Below are positions 1 to 10,700 of a stretch of 64,000 nucleotides of DNA, in pieces (positions within the stretch are counted from its first letter, which is position 1; every line of letters starts with the position of its first letter). Made by a program: the position numbers and the translations under genes. The notes beneath the pieces are model-generated. The model did not search any database, was not told the DNA's origin, and saw only the letters and a program-made list of their open reading frames with translations. The stretch spans positions 14,433 to 78,432 of the forward strand of contig CAYQMB010000001.1 in assembly GCA_964418565.1 (NCBI GenBank), in the 5' to 3' direction. Source of the DNA: an uncultured Bacteroidales bacterium (GTDB taxonomy: Bacteria > Bacteroidota > Bacteroidia > Bacteroidales > ML635J-15).

Positions 1-1069
1 CTGAAATCATTACCGGATCACCAGTGCTCAGATAAACAATATCTCTGAGTTTGTAATTGTACATCTGGTCCCAGCGTTCTGTCAGGTGCAGAGCCCTGAA
101 ATCACGTTCTTCGTTACGCTCAAAGGTGTGGTATGTTGTTTTGCGATCAACCGGAGCCCATTCTTTGGTTTCCAGATCAAGGCGTTCATGATAGATTCCA
201 GAATACTCAAATTTATTTTTCTTGGCCATAAAGCCCATGACATCAAGAAAATTATCTTTTTCATTAACACCAAAGACAGCATTTTGGGGAACGTATTTTT
301 CAACCGTAACAGAATAATCTGTAATCTTGCTGAGTTCCACATTGTATATTAGCACAGAATACTCAAAAACATCTGGTCCACGGCTTCTGCGGCGCTCTTC
401 TTTTGGTTTAATTTTGGCAAGCATCACAATATCGCCGGTCATTACACGGTATTGTATAATCTCAAACTGACGATCTACCAGGGGAAGTTTTACGGTTTTG
501 TTCAGCACTTCTTCCATGTCGGAATCGTAAATTTTCAGAAAAAACGGCTCTTCATTGTATTTCTGGAATGGCCGGTAATAATAAACAAACATTTTTTCCT
601 TATCCTCTGTAAGCTGCACATTGAAATCAACCACAATGTTTTGATTTGTCAGGCGACCGATGGGTTTGCTTTCACCAACGATTTTTCCGGTTTTGTTCAC
701 TTCCTGCATGTACAGGGTTTTCCGCTTCAGGGATTCGTTGGTAACTGTTGTAAACATAATCAGCTTACCATCCAGGTAATACATTTCCAGAAACTCAGCC
801 TGAATTCCGCTAACTGATGGAAATATAAGCCTGTTTTTACTTTCCGGAGTAAGGTTATCCCCATTCCAGTACTCAAGCCAGACATCGTTTTGATAATCCA
901 CGCGTAACACATAGAAGCCGGTATCGTCAGCGCCTATCATTTTCTGATAAGAATCGCCACTTTCAAGCTTGTACGTGCGATCGAGGCCAAAATCACCATC
1001 CACCGGCTGTGCGATACCAACCAGTGAAAATGCCATAAGTCCGATTAAAATTGCTGTTATTTTTTTCAT
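1..1069 (-). CDS. hypothetical secreted protein (partial; 3' end lies outside window)
   Basis: Manual minus-strand translation from the ATG (rc of 1067-1069) gives an uninterrupted frame to position 1: MKKITAILIGLMAFSLVGIAQPVDG..., a signal-peptide-like N-terminus. It is absent from the ORF track because it runs off the edge. No family recognised. Confidence 0.6.
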   Translation of the reverse strand, partial: MKKITAILIGLMAFSLVGIAQPVDGDFGLDRTYKLESGDSYQKMIGADDTGFYVLRVDYQNDVWLEYWNGDNLTPESKNRLIFPSVSGIQAEFLEMYYLDGKLIMFTTVTNESLKRKTLYMQEVNKTGKIVGESKPIGRLTNQNIVVDFNVQLTEDKEKMFVYYYRPFQKYNEEPFFLKIYDSDMEEVLNKTVKLPLVDRQFEIIQYRVMTGDIVMLAKIKPKEERRRSRGPDVFEYSVLIYNVELSKITDYSVTVEKYVPQNAVFGVNEKDNFLDVMGFMAKKNKFEYSGIYHERLDLETKEWAPVDRKTTYHTFERNEERDFRALHLTERWDQMYNYKLRDIVYLSTGDPVMIS

Positions 1070-1163
1070 AATCTCAGTGGTTTATTTCCGGGTTCATTTT
1101 GTTAATCTGCTAAAATATCAAATATTTTCCAAATTGTGAACTTTCATACTCATATTGTATGCA

Positions 1164-2195
1164 TCAGAATTTATTTGCCAACTGACCACAGGCTGCATCC
1201 ACGTCACCACCACGGCTTCTGCGCAGGTTTACAACCAGGTTACGCTTTTCCAGAAAACGCATAAAAGCCTGCGTATTGTTTTCCTCTGATTTGCCATAAC
1301 CGGTTCCTTCTACTGCATTGTATTCGATCAGATTGATCTTGCAGGGTGTGATTTTTGTGAATTCAGCCAGTTCTGCGGCATTTTTAAGTGAATCATTAAC
1401 TCCTTTAAGCAACACATATTCATAACTGATGCGTTTTTTTGTTTTCTGATGATAGTATTGCAAAGATTCTGCCAAATCTTTAAGCTTGTATTTTGCAGCA
1501 ATGGGTAAAATACGCATTCTCAGCTCATCATTGGCGGCATGCAGCGATACAGAAAGATGAACATCAGCACCTGTATCAGCAAGTTTTTTTATCTCCGGCA
1601 CCAAGCCAACGGTTGACAAGGTAATCCGCCTGTGACTCATTCCCATGCCATTGTCATCCATCACCCTGTTCATTGCCCGCATGGTATTGTAAAAATTATC
1701 CAGTGGCTCACCCATTCCCATCACAACAATATTGCTCAGACGCTTCCCAAATTGCTTTTCAGCCAAATCGTTTAAATACCAGGCCTGAAGGTATATTTCA
1801 CCGGCACTCAGATTGCGGCCAAAGCCCATTTGTCCGGTAGCGCAAAATTTGCATCCCATTTTGCATCCCACCTGAGTGGATATACAAGCGGTGAGGCGTT
1901 CTTTTGATGGTATCAAAACACCTTCAACATGCTTTCCGTCATCCAGCCCAAAAGCCATTTTATGTGTTCCATCTTTGCTCTTCAACGTATGAACCGTTTC
2001 CAGCCGATCCAGATAAAACGTCTGCTCCAGCTTATCACGCAGAGATTTTGATAAGTTGCTCATTTCTGAAATGTATGACACAGGGCGGCGCCACAACCAG
2101 TCTTCTATCTGATCAATCCTGAAAACAGGCTCGCCTTGTTCTTTAAGCCAGCCCTTTATTTCTGTTTTATCTGTATTACGCAAGTCTTTTTTCAT
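1164..2195 (-). CDS. rlmN: 23S rRNA/tRNA (adenine-C2)-methyltransferase RlmN (radical SAM)
   Basis: 343 aa with the radical-SAM CxxxCxxC motif (GCKMGCKFCATGQMGF). The overall RlmN-like pattern (MGMGEPL, C-terminal CGQL) is present. Confidence 0.92.
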   Translation of the reverse strand: MKKDLRNTDKTEIKGWLKEQGEPVFRIDQIEDWLWRRPVSYISEMSNLSKSLRDKLEQTFYLDRLETVHTLKSKDGTHKMAFGLDDGKHVEGVLIPSKERLTACISTQVGCKMGCKFCATGQMGFGRNLSAGEIYLQAWYLNDLAEKQFGKRLSNIVVMGMGEPLDNFYNTMRAMNRVMDDNGMGMSHRRITLSTVGLVPEIKKLADTGADVHLSVSLHAANDELRMRILPIAAKYKLKDLAESLQYYHQKTKKRISYEYVLLKGVNDSLKNAAELAEFTKITPCKINLIEYNAVEGTGYGKSEENNTQAFMRFLEKRNLVVNLRRSRGGDVDAACGQLANKF

Positions 2196-2257
2196 CCTTT
2201 TAAATCTTTATTAAGCAATTTAATTGAAAATAAGCATTATTGTTTAAAATACAATTG

Positions 2258-2265
2258 TATTTTTG
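2258..2265 (+). promoter_or_regulatory. Bacteroidota-type -7 promoter box TATTTTTG (TAnnTTTG)
   Basis: Exact TAnnTTTG match 50 nt upstream of the ATG at 2315, in an AT-rich intergenic region. Confidence 0.3.
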
Positions 2266-2314
2266 AACTTACGAAATACTGAAAATTTATTGGAAAATTA
2301 AAATAACACATTTT

Positions 2315-4504
2315 ATGAAACGTATATTTGGTTTATTTCTGATTATTAGTCTGGTGTTCTCAGGCTTCAAAGCCAGTGCTGATGAAGGCATGTGGCTACT
2401 TTCCATGATTGGTAAAAACATGGATGACATGGAAAAACAAGGCCTGAGACTCAGCGCCGAAGACATTTACAGTGTAAACAATGCCAGCCTTAAGGATGCC
2501 ATTGTGGGCTTGGGTAACGAAGGCGCGCCATTCAGCCATTTTTGTACTGGTGAGATTATTTCTGATCAGGGACTGATGCTTACAAATCACCACTGTGGCT
2601 ATGGCATGATTCAGGAACACTCAACCGTTGAACACGACTATCTGCGGGATGGTTTCTGGGCAAAAACCAAAAAAGATGAGCTTACCAATGAAGGTATCAC
2701 GGCATCCATCCTTGTCCGCATGGAAGATGTTACCGATAAAGTGCTGAATGATGTCACTGAGAAAATGAGTGAAACTGAACGCAATAAAGCCATCAGCAAG
2801 GTATCAGAAACACTGATTGAAGAGATAGAAGAAGAAAACGATTATTCAGCGCAGGTCATTGATATGTTTGACAATAATCAGTATTTCCTCTTTGTTTACA
2901 TCATTTACAAAGACGTTCGTCTTGTTGGCGCTCCACCCGAAGATATGGGTAAATTTGGCGGTGATACCGACAACTGGAGCTGGCCACGCCACACCGCAGA
3001 CTTTTCTATGTTCCGTATTTATACCGGCCCCGATGGAAAACCGGCAACATTCAGTGAGGATAACATCCCACTGAAACCCAAACACCACCTGCCCATTTCT
3101 CTGAAAGACAGAAAGGAAGGTGACTTTGCCATGGTCATGGGATTCCCCGGTGGCACCGATCGCTATATGACCACCTATGGTCTTAAAGAAACCATGGATA
3201 TTACCAATAAATGGCGCTACAAAATCCGCGATATCAAACTGGATATTATGCGTAAAGACATGGCTGCTGATCCCAAAGTAAAATTGCAATATGCTTCAAA
3301 ATACGCGCAAAGCTCCAACTACTGGAAATACTCACATGAACAAAACATTGCTCTGAGAAAACTCAATACCATGGGGCAAAAACAACGCATTGAGAATAAA
3401 TACCAGGAATGGGCAGAGAGCATTCGTTCCAAGAAATACCGCAACGTGCTCGATACCATTGAGATCGTTTACGACAGGCGCAAAGAAAACGCTCTGGCTC
3501 AGCAATTTATGCTGGAAGCCCTCCTGATAGGCCCTGAACTCCCATTGTTTGCTTACAGAAGCTCCGGCCTATACAGACAACTCAGCAATGAAGATCTCTC
3601 AGAGGAAGACAAAGAGAAAGCTGTAGATAATTTCAAAGAAACTGCAAACGAGTTTTATAAAGATTTCAATGCACCAACCGAACGCAAACTGATTGCTGCT
3701 TTGTTTTCTTATTATGCCGAAAATATTGATGCAAAATACTATCCTGACTATTTTGCAGAAATCAACGAGAAATACGATGGCAATTTTGAAGAGTACACAG
3801 AGGATATCTTTACGAAATCATTCTTCAACCCGAAAAGCATTTTTGCTGACAAAGAAAGCATGATGGCATTCCTGGACGATCCCAAAGCCAAAACCATGGA
3901 AAAAGATCCGGTTTACAAAATGGGAGTTTCAATCATTGAGTCGTACCGTGCCATTTCAGGTGAAATAAACCTTCAGTCAAAAAGCCTGGAGCGCGCACGC
4001 CGCCTGTTTCTTGAAGGCCTGATGAAAATCCGCGATGATTTTGAATTCTATCCCGATGCCAATTCTACCATTCGCTTAACATATGGAACGGTTAAAGGCT
4101 ACAGCCCACGCGATGCCGTTGTTTACGACCACTACACCACCCTTGATGGCGTTATGGCAAAAGCCGATCCCAATGATATGGAATTTGACATTCCACAGCG
4201 GCTGCGTCACCTTTATAACAAAAAAGAATTTGGTCAGTACACCAACAAAAAAGGCGAATTGCCTGTATGTTTCCTTACCGACAACGACATCACCGGTGGT
4301 AACTCCGGCTCACCTGTAATTGACGCAAAAGGTAACCTGATTGGCACTGCCTTTGACGGAAATACTGAAGCCATGAGTGGTGATATCGAATTTGAAGATG
4401 ACCTGCAACGCTGTATCAACCTTGATATCCGCTATACCTTGTGGATCATTGATGTATTTGCCGAAGCCGATCACCTGGTGGAAGAAATGACAATTGTTAA
4501 ATAA
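2315..4504 (+). CDS. S46 family serine dipeptidyl-peptidase (DPP7/DPP11-like), secreted
   Basis: 729 aa. Signal peptide followed by the ADEGMWLL motif typical of S46 peptidases. Catalytic His context TNHHCG and Ser context GGNSGSPV. Confidence 0.88.
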   Translation: MKRIFGLFLIISLVFSGFKASADEGMWLLSMIGKNMDDMEKQGLRLSAEDIYSVNNASLKDAIVGLGNEGAPFSHFCTGEIISDQGLMLTNHHCGYGMIQEHSTVEHDYLRDGFWAKTKKDELTNEGITASILVRMEDVTDKVLNDVTEKMSETERNKAISKVSETLIEEIEEENDYSAQVIDMFDNNQYFLFVYIIYKDVRLVGAPPEDMGKFGGDTDNWSWPRHTADFSMFRIYTGPDGKPATFSEDNIPLKPKHHLPISLKDRKEGDFAMVMGFPGGTDRYMTTYGLKETMDITNKWRYKIRDIKLDIMRKDMAADPKVKLQYASKYAQSSNYWKYSHEQNIALRKLNTMGQKQRIENKYQEWAESIRSKKYRNVLDTIEIVYDRRKENALAQQFMLEALLIGPELPLFAYRSSGLYRQLSNEDLSEEDKEKAVDNFKETANEFYKDFNAPTERKLIAALFSYYAENIDAKYYPDYFAEINEKYDGNFEEYTEDIFTKSFFNPKSIFADKESMMAFLDDPKAKTMEKDPVYKMGVSIIESYRAISGEINLQSKSLERARRLFLEGLMKIRDDFEFYPDANSTIRLTYGTVKGYSPRDAVVYDHYTTLDGVMAKADPNDMEFDIPQRLRHLYNKKEFGQYTNKKGELPVCFLTDNDITGGNSGSPVIDAKGNLIGTAFDGNTEAMSGDIEFEDDLQRCINLDIRYTLWIIDVFAEADHLVEEMTIVK

Positions 4505-4534
4505 ATACGATAAAGTTAACCTCCCGGTTTGCAG

Positions 4535-4568
4535 GAAGCCGTTCCGTTTTGGAGCGGCTTCTTTTTTT
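4535..4568 (+). terminator. rho-independent terminator after the S46 peptidase gene
   Basis: 11-bp stem GAAGCCGTTCC/GGAGCGGCTTC (one G-U pair), 5-nt loop, then T7 run at 4562-4568. Confidence 0.7.
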
Positions 4569-4728
4569 ACCCATTAACTGATTACCCCCTGAAATAAGCA
4601 TTTCCATCATTTTGATGTTTGCAATTTGTCTGTTATGATTTTTTATGGGCGCCTTTTCCGATTTGTAAAAACAGATTTGGGTTTTTTCTTTCACCGCATT
4701 TCCGTATTTTCGCAAAAAATGATTTGTT

Positions 4729-6243
4729 ATGGATAAGGTTCGAGTAAGATTTGCCCCCAGCCCTACCGGCCCGCTTCACATGGGTGGAGTGCGCACCGCA
4801 TTGTTTAATTACCTGTTTGCCCGCAAACATAAGGGAAGCATGGTGCTTCGCATTGAAGATACCGACCAGAACCGCTACGTTAAAGGTGCTGAAGAGTACA
4901 TTATGGAATCTCTGGCCTGGTGTGGCATCGAAATTGACGAAGGTATACGCGAAGGTGGCAAATTCGGACCGTACCGCCAGAGTGAACGCAGTGACATTTA
5001 CCGGCAGTTTGCAACACAACTAATTGATAGTGGCTGGGCATATTACGCTTTTGATACTCCCGACCAACTAAATAAACTCCGCGAAGAAGCCGAAAGCAAC
5101 AAGGAAACCTTTACCTACAATCACGCTGTACGAAACAACCTGGATAACAGCCTCAACATTGGTATAGAGGCTGCAAGAAAACGCATCGACAAGGGCGACC
5201 ATTACGTGGTTCGGTTTAAAATGCCAGACAATGAAGACATCCGGATTCATGACATGATTCGCGGGGATCTGAGCTTTCAGTCTGCTAACCTGGATGATAA
5301 GGTCTTATTTAAATCCGATGGCTTACCAACTTATCATCTGGCCAACATTGTGGACGATCACCTCATGGAAATTTCCCATGTGATCCGTGGAGAAGAATGG
5401 TTGCCCTCTCTGCCGCTACACGTCATGCTATATAAAGCTCTGAGTTGGGAAACACCGGCATTTGCACACCTGCCACTTATCCTCAAACCCACCGGAAAAG
5501 GCAAATTGTCAAAACGCGACGGTGATAAACTCGGGTTTCCGGTATTCCCCATTGAATGGACTCCGGAGACTGGTGACACAGCACGTGGCTACCGTGAAGA
5601 TGGTTATTACCCTGAAGCGTTTGTCAACATGCTTGCTTTGCTCGGGTGGAATCCGGGAACCGAGCAGGAACTCTTTAGCATGGATGAACTCACTGACCAG
5701 TTTGATATCAATAAAGTGAACAAGGCCGGGGCCCGTTTTGACCCGGAAAAAGCCAAATGGTTTAACCATCAGTATCTCATCCAAAAAAGCAATGATGAGA
5801 TTACACGTGAATTTAAACCCATTCTGGAAAACAAAGGGCATCACATGGAAATGGACAGCCTTACTCACCTGGTGGGGCTTGTAAAGGAACGGGTGTCTTT
5901 TGTGCATGAACTCTGGGATCAGGTTGATTTCATTTTTGAAGCACCAGAAACATACCATAAAAAATTCTTCAAAAAGGCCATTAAAAAGGATACGCCTCAG
6001 ATAATGCAACAAATACGGTCTTTGCTTGCTGACCAGGAAGATTTCACCTCAACAACGCTTGAAAACGCCGTAAAAAACTGGATTGAATCACAGGAACTCG
6101 GCTTCGGCAAAGTAATGAATCCTTTGCGGCTCGCTCTTGTTGGAGAAGGAAAAGGACCGCATGTGTTTGATATCCTTGAAATTCTGGGCAAAGAAGAAAG
6201 CCTCAGCCGCTTAGATGCCCTGATAAAAACCATTGAGGAGTAA
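4729..6243 (+). CDS. gltX: glutamate--tRNA ligase
   Basis: 504 aa. Class I HIGH-type motif (SPTGPLHMGG) and KMSKS-type motif (KLSKR). GluRS-like throughout. Confidence 0.95.
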   Translation: MDKVRVRFAPSPTGPLHMGGVRTALFNYLFARKHKGSMVLRIEDTDQNRYVKGAEEYIMESLAWCGIEIDEGIREGGKFGPYRQSERSDIYRQFATQLIDSGWAYYAFDTPDQLNKLREEAESNKETFTYNHAVRNNLDNSLNIGIEAARKRIDKGDHYVVRFKMPDNEDIRIHDMIRGDLSFQSANLDDKVLFKSDGLPTYHLANIVDDHLMEISHVIRGEEWLPSLPLHVMLYKALSWETPAFAHLPLILKPTGKGKLSKRDGDKLGFPVFPIEWTPETGDTARGYREDGYYPEAFVNMLALLGWNPGTEQELFSMDELTDQFDINKVNKAGARFDPEKAKWFNHQYLIQKSNDEITREFKPILENKGHHMEMDSLTHLVGLVKERVSFVHELWDQVDFIFEAPETYHKKFFKKAIKKDTPQIMQQIRSLLADQEDFTSTTLENAVKNWIESQELGFGKVMNPLRLALVGEGKGPHVFDILEILGKEESLSRLDALIKTIEE

Positions 6244-6271
6244 TTGATCCGGTACAAACCCACATCAACCC

Positions 6272-6295
6272 TTAATGCATTAATGCCTTAATGGT
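6272..6295. repeat. 3x tandem 8-bp repeat TTAATGCA/TTAATGCC/TTAATGGT containing the 10-bp palindrome GCATTAATGC
   Basis: Read directly from the sequence. The palindrome lies at 6277-6286, about 80 nt upstream of the ATG at 6369. Function unknown; possibly an operator. Confidence 0.4.
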
Positions 6296-6368
6296 GAAAA
6301 ATATTCACTTACCATTGCTTAATACAGACAGATTTTGTTATTTTGGTAAAGGACCAAAAGCGTAAATC

Positions 6369-7739
6369 ATGACACTGAAATCAGTAAATCCATACACAGG
6401 CAAAACCATTAAAACCTACCCCCAAACATCTCCCCGGGATATTGAACGCATTCTCCATCAGGCCTCTGAAGGCTTTGAATTATGGCAAAAAACACCGCCC
6501 GGGGAGCGCGCAGATAAATTAAAAGCTGCCGGTGACATCCTGCGAAAGCGCAAAGAAGAATTTGCACAACTCATCAGTACTGAAATGGGCAAGCTCCTGA
6601 AAGAAGCCGAAGCAGAAGTGGATAAATCAGCGCTGGTGTGCGATTATTATGCGGAAAATGGTGAAAAATACCTGCAGGACAAGCCAATTGATACCGAATA
6701 CGATGTTTCACGCGTTGTCTACCGCCCGTTGGGACCCGTGCTTGCCATTATGCCATGGAATTTTCCCTTTTGGCAGGTATTTCGCTTTGCTGCCCCTAAC
6801 CTGATGGCCGGAAACACAGGCATATTAAAACATGCCGGAAATGTTTCGGGATGCTCCCTTGCCATTGCATCAGTTTTTCAGGAGGCCGGTTTCCCTGAAG
6901 GCTGTTTTGCATCGGTGCTGCTGCCCGGTAAAGAAACCCAACCACTGATCGAAGACTCTCGCGTTGCGGCTGTTACTCTGACAGGCAGCACACAGGCAGG
7001 TAAAAAAGTTGCTGAAATAGCTGGTAAAAACCTCAAGAAAGTTGTACTGGAGCTTGGCGGAAGTGATCCTTACCTTATTCTTGATGATGCAGATGTTGAA
7101 CTGGCTGCGGATAAATGCGCTTTCGGTCGCCTGCTTAATGCCGGACAAAGCTGCATCGGAGCCAAACGCTTTCTTGTTATGGAATCTGTTTATGATACAT
7201 TTCTGGAGGCATTCAAAACAAAACTCGAAGCGGTTAAACCCGGTGACCCTCTGGACAAAAACAGTACCCTTGCCCCGCTGGCCACAACTGTTTTTCGTGA
7301 CGATCTGCACCGTCAGGTAAAAGAATCCATCAAAGCAGGCGCAAAATGCATCACCGGCGGCTATATAACCGATCCCGAAGGCGCTTTTTACCCTGCCACC
7401 ATTCTGACAGATGTAAAACCCGGCATGCCGGCATATGATGAAGAGTTATTCGGCCCGGTAGCCTCCGTTATAAAAGTTGCATCTGAAGAAGAAGCTATAA
7501 AAATTGCGAACGATACGGTGTTCGGACTGGGTGCCGCAGTGTTCACCAAGGACAGAGACCGTGCAGTGCGCATTGCTGCAGACGAACTTCATTCGGGATG
7601 CGTGTTTATCAATGACTTTGTCAAATCGGATCCCCGTATGCCCTTTGGTGGCGTAAAAGAATCAGGATATGGTCGTGAATTGGCTGAAGAGGGCTTTAGA
7701 GAATTTATGAATGTAAAAACCGTTGCCGGTAAGGTCTGA
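6369..7739 (+). CDS. NAD(P)-dependent aldehyde dehydrogenase, succinate-semialdehyde dehydrogenase-like
   Basis: 456 aa in the ALDH superfamily. Catalytic Glu context (LELGGSDP) and Cys context (NAGQSCIGAKR). Length and pattern fit the short SSADH-type enzymes. Confidence 0.8.
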   Translation: MTLKSVNPYTGKTIKTYPQTSPRDIERILHQASEGFELWQKTPPGERADKLKAAGDILRKRKEEFAQLISTEMGKLLKEAEAEVDKSALVCDYYAENGEKYLQDKPIDTEYDVSRVVYRPLGPVLAIMPWNFPFWQVFRFAAPNLMAGNTGILKHAGNVSGCSLAIASVFQEAGFPEGCFASVLLPGKETQPLIEDSRVAAVTLTGSTQAGKKVAEIAGKNLKKVVLELGGSDPYLILDDADVELAADKCAFGRLLNAGQSCIGAKRFLVMESVYDTFLEAFKTKLEAVKPGDPLDKNSTLAPLATTVFRDDLHRQVKESIKAGAKCITGGYITDPEGAFYPATILTDVKPGMPAYDEELFGPVASVIKVASEEEAIKIANDTVFGLGAAVFTKDRDRAVRIAADELHSGCVFINDFVKSDPRMPFGGVKESGYGRELAEEGFREFMNVKTVAGKV

Positions 7740-7777
7740 TATCAACCCAAAATAACTGCAAGACAAGAAATGTGAGG

Positions 7778-10700
7778 CTAAAAATATGCCCTTAGCTGAA
7801 TGCCACCGGTATGTATAATTTGCTCACCCGCCGGTTGGCGACCCTGATAATTAAGGTTCAACTGCAAGCCGTTACTCAGGCGTTTTTGATAGCTCAGTGT
7901 CCAGCGGTAATTATCACCCGGTTGCAAAGATTCCAGCATTTGCCAGGCCAGGGATGTTCCTGTCTCTCCGGAATACGTCATCCTGACATACTCGAAGCGG
8001 GCACTTAACATGCCATTGATTAAGGCATTGTTTCTGTATTCCACTCCCGGGCTAAAACTGCGGGAAAACTCATTGCTCAGGTCGTCCTTTTTATGCCTGA
8101 ATTCAAAAAATGCCCTCACCCGCATATTGACATCTGGCTGCACACGAACATCAAGATTGTTGCTTTCACCTTTGATTCGGTAATTTTTATTATCAAAAAA
8201 CTGCGAACTGTATTCCTGCTGGTCCAATCCTGTAGTATTGCTTATGCTTACCATCCGGCTGACATTCCAGCGCCATTGTAGCTTCCAGCTTTCTGCCTGA
8301 CGGCCTTCTTCTCCGTTTACCAGTTGAGACCGATTGTCCTGTCGCTGATAAATCAAATCTGCTGTAAATACCGAACCCATGCGATTCCAGGACAGAACAT
8401 TTCGCAAATTGTTGTTAAAAAACATCAGTGAACTATCCGGAATAAAGTAGCTGACTGGTAAATAACGCATCCCTGTATTATAAGCCGTATTTTTATCCGA
8501 TAAATTCATATTAAACCGGTTGGACAATTTTGACAAAACTGCTGCAAACCCTTCCTGCTCATTTATAATCCGGTCTGGCCGCAGGTTTAAACTCAGGCTA
8601 AGGCTGTTGTTATAGGTTTTGATGTAATCATCACCCGGAATATAAATGCGAATGTAATCGGCCTGATCCTGATACACCGCCTCTTCAAATTCATCCAGCT
8701 CCTCCACGCCATTTTCATTGTAATCTGTCCAGGTATACACGCCTTGTCCATCTGGTACTTTAAGGTATGAATACTCCTTCTTAAGCTCCAGGCCGGCACC
8801 GGATTCATAAAACAGATTCCCGGAAAGAAACCCACCAAAGGACTCATGTCGATACCGTAACTGACCTGCAAAATTGTCCTGAGCCTGTGTGTTATCCATA
8901 CTGTGATCTTTCAGGATATTAAGTTTTCGGTATTGCAGACCAGCATCCAGACGGTTGCTTTTTGTCTTCATCAGGCGATAATCCATTCCAAGCTTGTGTG
9001 CTTCGCTACTGCCGACAAGACGCTGCTGAGAAGGCAACTTATCAAGCCGGTAGAGGTATCCCAGCTTCCATTGATTTTCTGCCTGACGCCCCTGCTTTAA
9101 ATAGGTTTCCAGCTCATGAAACCGAAAACTGTTCCCGGCAAGTGAGTCAGATCCAGTAAAATATCCCTTTTGCCATTCCTGTTGATAGCGCCCGTACCAT
9201 TGCCATTTTGAAAAAAGCTTACCAAGTTTGACCCGGTTTTTCAAAAAATAGCCGGTGAACTCTTTTTGCCGGGTGTTCAGCAAATCACCATACGCAAAAA
9301 CATCCCAGGCTTTTGTCCGGTAACTTGCATCCAGAAAGTTGCGCGCACCGGTATACTCTCCGGGTCTATGCATTACTGCCGACTTCATCATAGCTTTCAG
9401 GCTGGATGCTGATGTGTAATTAAGGCTCACTTCTCCGGCGTGTTCATTTACTGCAGCCAGTTCATTGTCCACATTCCAGTTTCGCTTAAATTCTGACTCA
9501 CGAAACCGTTCGAGCACAGAAAAATTCCGCTGAATAAAATCATATGCCACACCCAAACGGAGGTTATGAGTGGAATCTTTTAGCAAATACTGGTTCACGC
9601 CGCCATGAAATGCAATTCCCTGATCATTTTGACCATCCCGGTCGGAATAGGTGTTTATATCTCTATCCGAAAAGCTCATCTGATAAAACACCTCGGTTTG
9701 ATCTGATACCTGATGCTCAGCACCGAGACTAAGCATTTGGTGTTTTTTGGGTGTGATAAGCTGAGTTACCGGAGCGTAATTCCCTGCCGGCACACCATTC
9801 TTCGGAGCCACCCACTGAAAAACCCGTCCGTTAGCAGCACTATTCAGACGCATATAGTTTCCCATATTTTCACCTACTTCAGTAAATCCTACCTGATACA
9901 CAGCAGAATCCGGATTGGTGGAATACACAAATACTGAATCGTACACCTGCCCATTCACGGTGGTATCTGTGATGCGGTAACGCACCTGAGACTGTTCAAA
10001 GCCTGTACTGTCCCACGCCGGATACAGAGCTGAGGACAAATCATCTCCAATGGAGCTCAAAAAACTTCGTTGCTGCATGTCCAGGCGTTGATCCAGTGGT
10101 TGGTTTTTTCCATCGGAAGCATTATAATACCGAATATAATAACGGGAGTTTTTGGTTTTAATGTCATGATTTGTGGCCAGCATCATCCGGTTGTAGCTTG
10201 CTGCGCGATATTCAAATTCTGCAATAATGCGGCTGTCTTTGGTGATCAGGCGGTTGGCAGTAAAGGTCAACTCGCCGGTATTGTAATCGATGATATAATC
10301 CTGTGATTGTCCTCTTATCATCAGTTCACCATCAACATAAATACGCTCGCTGCCTGATATAACAATAATATAGCTTTCGTTATTAGCACCGCGCAATTTG
10401 TATGGCCCCTGATTGCCCTCCTGTCCGGTTATTTCCTGCCTGTGATAGTTGCCCCGGCTTATTGAAACACCCAGATCCGATTCAATATCTATGTTTTCAG
10501 TGTTTAGTTTTCCTGACAAAAGAGCACCCCTTGCTTTTTTAGCATAACGCATAAAATAATCTTCATTCTGCTTTAGTTGAATATCACCGGCTAACATGCT
10601 AAAATCATTATTATACACTTCAATAAAGACCTTATCAAATTCCTGCAATTTCTGATTTGTACCATCGGGCTGAATGGGAATATTTCTATCTGTAAGTGAT

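Noticed and set aside
4342-4356. A sigma-54 promoter-like sequence, TGGCAC-N5-TTGA.
   Set aside because: It lies inside the S46 peptidase coding region and upstream of a strong terminator, and the -12 element is imperfect (TTGA, not TTGC). Other TGGCAC occurrences in the window lack a -12 element. I found no convincing intergenic sigma-54 promoter.
5509-6012. A 167-aa minus-strand ORF inside gltX.
   Set aside because: It is a shadow ORF antisense to a canonical GluRS gene.
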